Assembly: GCA_035702585.1 (NCBI GenBank)
Contig: DASSQI010000002.1
Span: 59 to 64,058 of the forward strand
Origin: Anaeromyxobacteraceae bacterium
GTDB lineage: Bacteria; Myxococcota; Myxococcia; Myxococcales; Anaeromyxobacteraceae
Direction: 5' to 3'
Length of the DNA: 64,000 nt
Every line of letters starts with the position of its first letter. The first letter of the stretch is position 1. Positions 29,459 to 36,980 of this stretch are shown here, one piece after another. The position numbers and the translations under genes were made by a program. The notes beneath the pieces are model-generated. The model saw nothing but the letters and a program-made list of their open reading frames with translations, made no database searches and was not told the DNA's origin.

Positions 29459-31360
29459 TCAGCCGGTCTCCCGATCCTCGGTCGAGGTCTGCCGACCTTC
29501 CGGCGAGGTTTGCCGACCTTCGATCGAGGTGTGCCGACCTTCGGGCGAGGCCTCCCGATCCTCGGTCGAGGTCTGCGGACCCGCTGTCGAGGCCGAGCCT
29601 GGCGTCTTCGCATGCGCCGCGTCGAGCGGGCGCCGGACGCTCCTTCGCCGCTCGTGTGCAGGCTGGCGATAGTCGTCCGCGAAGAACCGATACAGCTCCG
29701 CGGGGCGGCGGACCTCGTCGAACCGGAACGCGCATCCGCGCGGGTGGATGACGAACGTGTCGATCTCCTCGGGCGCGACGCCGCCGTGCGATCCGAACTC
29801 CCACGCGTAGGCGACGGGCTTCTGCCCGGGACCGCGCCAGCCCTGCACGACGAGGTCGCCCGACTCCTCCAGCGCGAGCAGGTCGGCGAGGTAGTCGGCG
29901 AGGAGCGAGGGGTCGGGGTGGGGGAGGCGCGCGACGTCGTCCGGCGCGGAGAGATCGAGCTCGTCACCGTGGAGCAGCGCCACGCCGCGGTCTCCGCCGC
30001 GGACCGCCACCAGGCCCACGGCCCGGGTTTCGCGCAGCGCCTCGAGGACTCCGGGATGCTCGCGGCGGATGTCGTCGAGCGTCGCGGGCCTGTCGCGGTC
30101 GAGGAAGTACACGTGAGCGAGGTCGCCCGCCTCGGCGGTGGCGACCTTGCCCGTATGCGTCTGGCCGAGCTCGCGGCCGAGCAGCGTCTTCTCGAACGCG
30201 TCGAGCTGGCGTCGCGCCGCCCTGCGCGCGATCCGCGGCAGCGCGCCGCGCAGGCTGCGAAGGACGTGGCGCACTCCGCGCGCCTGCGCGAGCCGGTGCG
30301 CTGCGAGGCCGCCGAGCGAGCGTGGCACCGAGACGCCTCCGTCGGCGAGCGCGATGTACTCGGGCAGCGACAGGCCCGTGAGCGTCTCGAACGGCTCGGT
30401 GGCGACGTGGCCGTGATCGGAGAAGACGTAGACGTCGTAGCGCATCTCCGGCACCGCCTCGGCGGCGGCGAAGAGCGCGGCCACCGCGCGATCCGTCGAC
30501 TGCAGGCCCGAGACCGCGAGCGCCGACTCGGGGCCGCGGCGGTGCGCGAACTCGTCGTACGCGACGAAGTCCACGTAGACGATCGGTATGCCACGCGCGA
30601 GGTCGATGACGATGCCCTGGACGGCGAGCTCGCGCATGAAGGCGTTCACGAGCAGGCGGTGGATGAAGAAGCGCGGCTCGTGCTTCATGCGGCCGAGCGT
30701 CGCGATCCTCGCGATGCCCTCGGCGATGCCGGCGATCGTCTCCCACACGCCGCGCGCGAGCACGCCCGCCGCCGTGATGCTGTGGACGAGCGTGGTGGCG
30801 AGGTGATCCCACGCGTTGAAGCCGGCCGAGAGCGGCGCGAGCTTGAAGTCGGGCAGGCCCGACAGGCAGAACTGCGACAGCTTCGCGGCGCCGCTGAAGA
30901 TCGCGAAGTACGACGTGCCGTCCCGCAGGAGCCCGGGGTTTCGCTCGGCGAACCGCGTCTCGACGCGGCAGGCGTCCACCGCGGTGTCCATCCGGATCTC
31001 GCGGCCGGTCGCGCGGTCGTACCAGACGAACCCCGGGACCGACGGCGACACTCCGTAGAAGAGCCCGGCCTGGAACGCCGGCGTCGAGGCCGGCGCGCCC
31101 GACCTGCACGACGAGAGGACCTGACCTCCTCGCGACAGCCGGTCGGCGAGGAACGGCATGTGACCCTTCGCGATCGCCCACTCGAGGCGCTGCCGCGACA
31201 CTCCGTCGAGCTGCACCAGGAGCAGGCGCCGGCCGCCCTCGAGCGGTCCTGGATGTAGAGCTCCGCGCCGCGCCACGGGGATGAGCAGCTTGCGGACCGC
31301 CCACCGGACGAAACGCGACAGCTGATCCTGCGCGCGGCCGGCCTTCGGAATGCTGGCCAT
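29459..31360 (-). CDS. alkaline phosphatase / nucleotide pyrophosphatase (type I phosphodiesterase) family protein
   Basis: 633 aa; LLLVQLDGVS, PASTPAFQAGLFYG, VYVFSDHGH metal-site-like motifs; C-terminus made of heptad repeats. Confidence 0.8.
   Translation of the reverse strand: MASIPKAGRAQDQLSRFVRWAVRKLLIPVARRGALHPGPLEGGRRLLLVQLDGVSRQRLEWAIAKGHMPFLADRLSRGGQVLSSCRSGAPASTPAFQAGLFYGVSPSVPGFVWYDRATGREIRMDTAVDACRVETRFAERNPGLLRDGTSYFAIFSGAAKLSQFCLSGLPDFKLAPLSAGFNAWDHLATTLVHSITAAGVLARGVWETIAGIAEGIARIATLGRMKHEPRFFIHRLLVNAFMRELAVQGIVIDLARGIPIVYVDFVAYDEFAHRRGPESALAVSGLQSTDRAVAALFAAAEAVPEMRYDVYVFSDHGHVATEPFETLTGLSLPEYIALADGGVSVPRSLGGLAAHRLAQARGVRHVLRSLRGALPRIARRAARRQLDAFEKTLLGRELGQTHTGKVATAEAGDLAHVYFLDRDRPATLDDIRREHPGVLEALRETRAVGLVAVRGGDRGVALLHGDELDLSAPDDVARLPHPDPSLLADYLADLLALEESGDLVVQGWRGPGQKPVAYAWEFGSHGGVAPEEIDTFVIHPRGCAFRFDEVRRPAELYRFFADDYRQPAHERRRSVRRPLDAAHAKTPGSASTAGPQTSTEDREASPEGRHTSIEGRQTSPEGRQTSTEDRETG
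29466..29591. repeat. 6 x 21-bp tandem repeat encoding the C-terminal heptads of the phosphatase-family protein
   Basis: Units g(t/c)(c/t/g)t(c/g)ccga(t/c)c(c/t)t(c)(g)g... at 29466, 29487, 29508, 29529, 29550, 29571; protein reads STEDREA SPEGRHT SIEGRQT SPEGRQT STEDRET. Confidence 0.85.
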
Positions 31361-31424
31361 GCCGCTTCCAAGCTCGGGGCGGTGCGGTGAGCGAGCAAGC
31401 CCCGCACGCGGGGCGCCCGCCCAC

Positions 31425-31549
31425 GAGCTCAGCTGCCGCTCGCCTGCCAGCGTATCTCGACGACCGTGAGCGAGACCGAGCCCAAGAGCTCAGCTCAGCT
31501 GCGGCCCGCTCGCCAGCGTATCTCGACGACAGTGAGCGAGACCGAGCCC
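31425..31549. repeat. about 60-bp tandem duplication of the greB 3' end
   Basis: 31425-31483 and 31486-31549 align (gagctcagct...cgccagcgtatctcgacgac(c/a)gtgagcgagaccgagccc); second copy holds the real greB stop. Confidence 0.85.
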
Positions 31550-31989
31550 GCCGGGCGACTCACGCGCACCTGCTGGCCCTCGGCCTTGCCGAGCAGGGCG
31601 CGGCCGAGCGGCGCGTCGACGCTGAGGAGCCCCCGCTCGACGTCGAACTCGTCCGGACCGACGAGCCGCCACGTCTGCTCCTCGCCGTCTTCGTCCTCGA
31701 CGGTGACCCACGCGCCGAAGTAGGCACGCCCGCTCGGGTGAGGGCGCGGCTCCACGACGGTGAGCGCGTCCATGCGCTGCGACAGGAACCGCAGGCGGCG
31801 GTCGAGCTCGCGCAGCTTGCGCTTCCCGTAGATGTACTCGGCGTTCTCGCTGCGGTCGCCGAGCGCCGCGGCGGCCTCCACCTCGGCCACGATCTTCGGC
31901 CGCAAGACCGACCAGATGCGCTCGTGCTCCTCGGCGAGTCGCCGGAACCCCTCGGGCGTTATGTAGCGCGGTCGGACCGGTTCGCTCAT
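31495..31989 (-). CDS. greB: transcription elongation factor GreB
   Basis: 164 aa; ITPEGFRRL, acidic-tip region GDRSENAEY, C-terminal FKBP-like domain; GreA/GreB length. Confidence 0.9.
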   Translation of the reverse strand: MSEPVRPRYITPEGFRRLAEEHERIWSVLRPKIVAEVEAAAALGDRSENAEYIYGKRKLRELDRRLRFLSQRMDALTVVEPRPHPSGRAYFGAWVTVEDEDGEEQTWRLVGPDEFDVERGLLSVDAPLGRALLGKAEGQQVRVSRPAGSVSLTVVEIRWRAGRS

Positions 31990-32015
31990 TCGCGGGTGAT
32001 GATAACCTCCGCCGG

Positions 32016-32921
32016 GTGAAGGTCTCCGACATCCTCAGGTTCGCGCGCGAGCGCGGTGAGCCCATCTTCTCGTTCGAGCTGTTCCCGCCCAAGACCGACG
32101 ACGGGGTCCGTCAGCTCTTCGAGACCGTGGGCGCGCTGCGCCCGCTCGCGCCCGCGTTCATCTCGGTCACCTACGGTGCCGGGGGCTCCACGCGCGAGCG
32201 GACGCTCGAGCTCGTCCGCCGGCTGAAGCGGGAGAGCGAGGTCGAGGCGGTCGCCCACATCACCTGCGTGGGCGCGTCGCGGCAGGAGATCGCCGCGGTC
32301 CTCGACGAGATCGCGGCCGCCGGCATCCAGAACGTCATCGCGCTGCGCGGAGATCCGCCGCGGGGGACGGCGCGGTTCGAGCCGCACCCCGACGGCTTCT
32401 CGTACGCGAGCGAGCTCGTCGCGTTCATCCGGTCGGAACCGACGCGCTGGCCGTTCTGTCTCGGAGCGGCCGCCTATCCGGAGGGCCACGTCGAGACGCC
32501 GGACCTCGAGCGCGATCTCGCGAACCTCAAGGTGAAGGTCGAGGCAGGCGCCGACTTCCTCGTGACGCAGCTCTTCTTCGACAACGCGCGCTACTTCCGG
32601 TTCGTGGAGCGCGCGCGCGCCGCCGGCGTGAAGGCGCCGATCCTCGCCGGGATCATGCCGTTCACGAACGTCGATCAGATCGAGCGGTTCACCGCGCTGT
32701 GCGGCGCGTGCATCCCCGCGCCGCTCCGCGCGGCCATGGAGGTCCGCCGCGACGACCCCGACGCCGCCATGCAGCTCGGCGTCGCCTACGCGACGCTGCA
32801 GTGCGCCGATCTGCTCCGCAGCGGCGCTCCTGGGCTGCACTTCTACACGCTGAATCGATCGCCCTCGACACGCGCGATCGTGGCCGCGCTGCGCGCGTCG
32901 GAGCCCTGGCGAACGGGGTAG
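32016..32921 (+). CDS. metF: methylenetetrahydrofolate reductase
   Basis: 301 aa; FSFELFPPKT, ISVTYGAGGSTR, ALRGDPP, ITQLFFD-like VTQLFFDN. Confidence 0.92.
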   Translation: MKVSDILRFARERGEPIFSFELFPPKTDDGVRQLFETVGALRPLAPAFISVTYGAGGSTRERTLELVRRLKRESEVEAVAHITCVGASRQEIAAVLDEIAAAGIQNVIALRGDPPRGTARFEPHPDGFSYASELVAFIRSEPTRWPFCLGAAAYPEGHVETPDLERDLANLKVKVEAGADFLVTQLFFDNARYFRFVERARAAGVKAPILAGIMPFTNVDQIERFTALCGACIPAPLRAAMEVRRDDPDAAMQLGVAYATLQCADLLRSGAPGLHFYTLNRSPSTRAIVAALRASEPWRTG

Positions 32922-32931
32922 CATCTCGGCT

Positions 32932-32960
32932 TTGACAGCAAGGGCGCTGTTGGGTAGCTT
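32932..32960 (+). promoter_or_regulatory. sigma70-type promoter for tRNA-Glu
   Basis: TTGACA (32932-32937) - 17 nt - TAGCTT (32955-32960), 9 nt before tRNA 5' end. Confidence 0.55.
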
Positions 32961-32969
32961 CCCGGCCCC

Positions 32970-33042
32970 GACCCCATCGTCTAGAGGCCCAGGACACGGC
33001 CCTTTCAAGGCTGGAACCGGAGTTCGAATCTCCGTGGGGTCA
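32970..33042 (+). tRNA. tRNA-Glu (anticodon UUC)
   Basis: Cloverleaf folded by hand: acceptor GACCCCA/TGGGGTC, anticodon loop CTTTCAA, T-arm CGGAG-TTCGAAT-CTCCG; 73 nt, CCA not encoded. Confidence 0.93.
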
Positions 33043-33067
33043 TCGCTGGCGCGGCTTCAGCCGCGCC
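33034..33067. repeat. direct repeat copy 1 (tRNA-Glu 3' end + terminator stem)
   Basis: gtggggtcatcgctggcgcggcttcagccgcgcc; identical 34-mer at 34067-34100. Confidence 0.9.
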
Positions 33068-33073
33068 TTTCTT
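33048..33073 (+). terminator. rho-independent terminator after tRNA-Glu
   Basis: ggcgcgg-cttcag-ccgcgcc hairpin followed by tttctt. Confidence 0.7.
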
Positions 33074-33085
33074 ATCTCCGCGGGG

Positions 33086-33565
33086 TCACTTCGTTGCGCG
33101 CCCGTCGCGTTCGAGCGCGAGCTTTCCGTTCGCTTCCACGCTCGGGCCTCGCGCCCGCCACAGGCGGATCGCCATCGTCCCGCACGCGCCGATCATCGCC
33201 GCGCTGACGAGCACGAGCATGGCGAGCACGGCGTTCTCCGCGAGCGGGGAAGCCTCGAACCCGGCCCCGGCGATCGGCGTTCCCTTCGACGAGCCGAGGA
33301 TCGCGCTCGCGGTGGTCGTCGCCCAGTTGGCCCACGTCCCGAATACCAGGAGGCCGTAGGTGACGCGCGCGGCGCGAGCACCGAGTGCCAGCTCTCTCCA
33401 GGCGAGTCCGACCACGATAAGGAAGATCCCGTTCAGCACCGCCTCGAGATGTGCGGCGAGGCCTGCGCGTGGGTTCGTCATCGACTGGACGGCGAGTCCA
33501 GTGAGCAGGCCGACGAGGAAGAGGGTCATGCCGTGGCGGACGAGGCGTCGGGGGTGATCCGGCAT
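33086..33565 (-). CDS. four-helix integral membrane protein (resembles proteins annotated hydroxylaminobenzene mutase / hydrogenase-like)
   Basis: In ORF 33086-33676; start MPDHPRRLVRHGMTLFLVGLLTG; four hydrophobic segments; family name is a recollection, not a search result. Confidence 0.6.
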   Translation of the reverse strand: MPDHPRRLVRHGMTLFLVGLLTGLAVQSMTNPRAGLAAHLEAVLNGIFLIVVGLAWRELALGARAARVTYGLLVFGTWANWATTTASAILGSSKGTPIAGAGFEASPLAENAVLAMLVLVSAAMIGACGTMAIRLWRARGPSVEANGKLALERDGRATK

Positions 33566-33832
33566 GCGTGCCCTCCGTAGAGAAGTGGCGCCCGGCCGGA
33601 GTCCGCTACGCGGTAGAGCACCACCGGGACGCGGACCGGGTGCGTACCGTCGAAATCTGGTAGCTGCCCCTTGCATTCATGCAGGCGCGGCTTCGCCCGC
33701 GCCCTCTTTGTCGGCGCCAGCGCTCCTGAGCGAAGCGAGCCATTTCGAGGAGTCGTCCGCAATCGCGGAACGGCGTCCGCGATGACCACCACTGCCAGCA
33801 GTCCCAGGATCAGTTCTCATCCCGACGCTCGA

Positions 33833-33949
33833 CCGGCGTTCACCTTGCTCCTCGCATCGATGTTCCTCGCAGAGCGCGTGACGCCGCTACGGGTCGGCGG
33901 TGGCGCGCTCATCCTCGCCGCCGCGCTGCTCCTCGCCCGCCCGGAGGGG
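33833..33949 (+). pseudogene. C-terminal remnant of an EamA/DMT-type transporter gene
   Basis: Within ORF 33671-34111: PAFTLLLASMFLAERVTPLRVGGGALILAAALLLARPEG resembles the last two helices of EamA transporters; nothing upstream resembles the other eight helices. Confidence 0.45.
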
Positions 33950-34066
33950 TCCTCCGTCACCGGAGATCGTCGGGGTGGATCACTTTCAGACCGTCGGAAG
34001 CATCGGCATCCCCGACGTACAGGAGTGCAACGGCTGAACGTCGCCGCCCAGACCGTACGGGACCGG

Positions 34067-34100
34067 GTGGGGTCATCGCTGGCGCGGCTTCAGCCGCGCC
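34067..34100. repeat. direct repeat copy 2 (displaced tRNA-Glu 3' end + terminator stem)
   Basis: Exact 34-nt match to 33034-33067; lies 1 nt before the stop of the next minus-strand gene. Confidence 0.9.
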
Positions 34101-34101
34101 G

Positions 34102-34752
34102 TCATGGATGAGCCGTACCGTAGTTGCCGCGCTCCACACGCACGACGCTGCCATCTTCCAGCGTGACGATCGACCTGAATTGCTGCGGACCGAAATCGTA
34201 GGTCCACAGCTCGATGTCCACGTTCACGAGAGCTGGTCCAGAAGGCAGCGCCGTCCCAGCGCGTGATGAAGCGCGAGGCCGCTTCTCGCTCCGGAACTCT
34301 CGTGCTGCAGGCCCCCCGCACTTCGCGAGGAGGTCCAGCTTCGCGTCTCCGACGCGAATCGCTGCGGAGTCGCAACGTGCCCGGCCGGACCCGCGGTCAC
34401 GTAGGAGCTCCGGCGGGTAACCGTACCCCCCTCGCTCGATGGCGACCACTCTGCCGGCCTGCAGTGTGACCACCTGGAGGAACTGTGCGGGTCCGAAGTT
34501 GTAGGTCCAGCGTTCGGCTTCGGTGCTCGCCGTTGCTGCTGGTTGCCCGTCGACCGTTTCGATGATCGCGCGGCCGTCGGCGATCTGCTCGTCCAGCGCC
34601 GGCTTGCCGCACTTGGCGACCAGGTCGAGCTTCGTGTCGCCGATCTGCACGATCCCGCTGCCGCAATTGATGGAGGAGTCCGCCACCGCTCGCGACGCGG
34701 CGGGCAACAAACCAAGAGCGAAGACGAGGCGCAAAGTGCAATGAGGCAGCAT
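34102..34752 (-). CDS. secreted protein with two tandem DUF2845-like domains
   Basis: In ORF 34102-35046; start MLPHCTLRLVFALGLL; two repeats of C-G-(I/A)-GD-KLDL-AKCG...ERWTYNFGP/ELWTYDFGP...G-VV-IERG. Confidence 0.75.
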   Translation of the reverse strand: MLPHCTLRLVFALGLLPAASRAVADSSINCGSGIVQIGDTKLDLVAKCGKPALDEQIADGRAIIETVDGQPAATASTEAERWTYNFGPAQFLQVVTLQAGRVVAIERGGYGYPPELLRDRGSGRARCDSAAIRVGDAKLDLLAKCGGPAAREFRSEKRPRASSRAGTALPSGPALVNVDIELWTYDFGPQQFRSIVTLEDGSVVRVERGNYGTAHP

Positions 34753-34986
34753 GGTCGTCCCCGGAGGGGCCAGAGTCGCGGCGCTGCCGCGCATCACCAG
34801 TCGCGGCGGCAAACGTACTGTCCGTTCGCGCGCGCAGAGTGTTTCCGGCGTGTCGAAGCGTGAAGACTCCGGCGCGTGAACGACGCCAACTGCTCTCGCC
34901 GACCGGCAGAAGTAGTTGTCGCTCATCAGGCGCGCTCTGGTTCTTCGGCGATGACTGCTCCCGGACGTGGGGCAGGGCGCATGAGC

Positions 34987-35020
34987 GAGCTCGACTGGAT
35001 GGAGCGCGGCGGTGGCCCGC
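34987..35020. repeat. 34-nt copy of an internal segment of the downstream reductase gene
   Basis: gagctcgactggatggagcgcggcggtggcccgc identical to 35156-35189. Confidence 0.85.
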
Positions 35021-35086
35021 AACTCCTGTTCTTGGATGGTCGGCACCCGAGTGGCGCGCCAGGGAGCCTCCGTCTAGATCCGCCGC

Positions 35087-35617
35087 GTGGACCGCCCCGC
35101 CACCGCCGCCTTCCTCGGCATGAGCCTCGACGGCTTCATCGCCGGGCCTCATGACGAGCTCGACTGGATGGAGCGCGGCGGTGGCCCGCCGGAAGACCAC
35201 GGGTTCAATGCGTTCTTCGCGTCGGTCGACCAGCTGCTCATAGGGAGGCGCACATGGGAGGTGGTGGGGCGCTTCCCGGCGTGGCCTTACGAGGGGAAGC
35301 CGGTGGCGGTGCTCACGCGGCGCCCGGGAGAGACGCGCCACGGCGAGCGGCTCCTGTCGGGCGAGCCCGCCGAGGTGCTGAAGGCCCTCGGGGACGGCGG
35401 CGCCCGGCGCGTTTACGTCGATGGCGGAGCGGTCGTGAGCCAATTTCTGGCCGCCGGCCTCCTCGACGAACTCACCGTCTCGATCCTGCCGGTGGTGCTC
35501 GGCGCCGGTATCCCGCTCTTCCAGGCGACCGGCCCTGAGCGCTGGCTTTCGCTGGCGGCCCACCAGGCGTGGCGTAGCGGGCTCGTGCAACTCAGGTACG
35601 AGCGGCGCGACACGTGA
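35087..35617 (+). CDS. dihydrofolate reductase family protein (RibD C-terminal-like)
   Basis: 176 aa, GTG start; SLDGFIAGP, QLLIGRRTWE, VYVDGGAVVSQFL, LDELTVSILPVVLGAGIPLF. Confidence 0.8.
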   Translation: MDRPATAAFLGMSLDGFIAGPHDELDWMERGGGPPEDHGFNAFFASVDQLLIGRRTWEVVGRFPAWPYEGKPVAVLTRRPGETRHGERLLSGEPAEVLKALGDGGARRVYVDGGAVVSQFLAAGLLDELTVSILPVVLGAGIPLFQATGPERWLSLAAHQAWRSGLVQLRYERRDT

Positions 35618-35715
35618 AGGTGCACGAGCTCGCTCGCCGCCGCGGCTGAAGTCGCCCTCAACGGGTCGCGCTGTCAGCTTCCGCCCGCAGCGTCCTCTTC
35701 CCTTCGGCGGTCGGA

Positions 35716-35759
35716 GAAGCAGCCCACTCCACCCGCCTTCAGGGAAGCGGCCCACTCCA
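35716..35759 (+). promoter_or_regulatory. 16-nt direct repeat pair upstream of the GG-leader peptide gene
   Basis: gaagcAgcccactcca (35716-35731) and gaagcGgcccactcca (35744-35759), 28-nt period, second copy ends 20 nt before ATG. Confidence 0.35.
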
Positions 35760-35779
35760 ACCCGGAACGAGGAACGACG

Positions 35780-35989
35780 ATGCGAAAGGTCAGGACTGCA
35801 GGCGCCCGCAGCAGCGAGATCCGCGCGGTTTCCGACGAGGATCTCGGCGGAGTGACCGGCGGGCTGAAGTGGGTTCCCGGCACCAAGAACCCCGACGTCG
35901 TCGACGCGCGGGGAGGAAAGTTCGACTTCGGATTCATCACCGTCACCCTCGACCGGAGTGGGAAGGTGAGCAGCGTGTCCTTGAGGTGA
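35780..35989 (+). CDS. small peptide with double-glycine-type leader (bacteriocin/RiPP-like precursor candidate)
   Basis: 69 aa; RBS gaggaa 5 nt before ATG; leader MRKVRTAGARSSEIRAVSDEDLGGVTGG then 41-aa Cys-free core; own terminator downstream. Confidence 0.6.
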   Translation: MRKVRTAGARSSEIRAVSDEDLGGVTGGLKWVPGTKNPDVVDARGGKFDFGFITVTLDRSGKVSSVSLR

Positions 35990-36084
35990 GATACGCGCCG
36001 GCAGTAGGGCGCGTCGACCGCGGCGAGACGATCGGACGAGGATTCCGGACGTCGAAACCGTACAGGGCCCGGGAAGTCGAAACC

Positions 36085-36109
36085 AAAGGCCCGGCCACGC
36101 CGGCCTTTT
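36085..36109 (+). terminator. rho-independent terminator after the GG-leader peptide gene
   Basis: aaaggcc(c)ggc-cac-gccggccttt hairpin (one bulge) ending in tttt. Confidence 0.6.
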
Positions 36110-36247
36110 CCGTTCGGCCCGTACCGTCGACTTGGCGCGCCTCCCCGGACAGGCGGTCGGGCATGATCCGCACCCGACGCGCACCAACCTCGCGGGACGT
36201 GCCTCCCGGCTCGATGCTCGACAGGCTACTTTCCTGTCTACGGGGAG

Positions 36248-36724
36248 GTGTACGTGGCCCACCGTGCTTTCGTCGCAGTGCTGCTCCTTGCCATTGGTTG
36301 CGCTCACAACGCCAGGCGTGAGCCCGCTGTCGATTCCGTGGGCGGCGAGCAGGCCATCCGCGCCGTCGAAGAGCAAGAACGGCTCGCGGTGCTCCATCGG
36401 GACTTCGCTGCGCTGGAGCGTATCTGGTCCGACGACTTCATCGTGAACACGCCACGCAGCGACGTCAGCCCGAATCGGAAGGCGGTGCTGGAGCTGTTCC
36501 GCAGGGGCGTCGCGAACTACCGCACGTTCGAGCGCAGGATCGAGGTGATCCGCGTCTCGGACGACCACGCTGTCGTCATGGGGAGCGAGACGGTGCAGCC
36601 CGCAGGCGATGCTGTGGCGGATCGGGCGGTCGAGCGGAGGTTCACGAACGTCTGGAGGCGCGAGGACGGGACATGGCGCCTGTGGGTACGTCACGCGAAT
36701 GTTCTGCCGCCCGCGAGACATTAG
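36248..36724 (+). CDS. NTF2-like (SnoaL/DUF4440-type) lipoprotein
   Basis: 158 aa, GTG start after ggggagg; lipobox LLAIGC; DFAALERIWSDDFIVNTP...FTNVWRREDGTWRLWVRH typical of DUF4440 fold. Confidence 0.75.
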   Translation: MYVAHRAFVAVLLLAIGCAHNARREPAVDSVGGEQAIRAVEEQERLAVLHRDFAALERIWSDDFIVNTPRSDVSPNRKAVLELFRRGVANYRTFERRIEVIRVSDDHAVVMGSETVQPAGDAVADRAVERRFTNVWRREDGTWRLWVRHANVLPPARH

Positions 36725-36948
36725 GCCCGTGCCGCGTGGGATGTGGCCGACGCGGCCGACGCGCAGAAACTCTCGATGGCTTCGGTGAGGTTCAGAGGGC
36801 CGGAAGGCGCACGAAATACCTCGTCCTCGACCCAGCAGAAAAGCCAGTCGCTGTCTGAGCGGTCAACTTTGATTTCACCGAACGCGATGCCGCTCAGGTG
36901 AGTCCGTGCAAGGTCGTCGATATCGAGCGTCCAACCGGGATTGTCCAC
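36721..36948 (-). CDS. small acidic hypothetical protein directly downstream of the HNH nuclease gene
   Basis: 75 aa, GTG start 32 nt after HNH stop, TAA stop; 21 of 75 codons end in A/T (unusually many for this window); Asp/Glu-rich. Confidence 0.5.
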   Translation of the reverse strand: MDNPGWTLDIDDLARTHLSGIAFGEIKVDRSDSDWLFCWVEDEVFRAPSGPLNLTEAIESFCASAASATSHAARA

Positions 36949-36980
36949 GATGTCGAGGCCTGCACGTCATCGTCTGCGCG

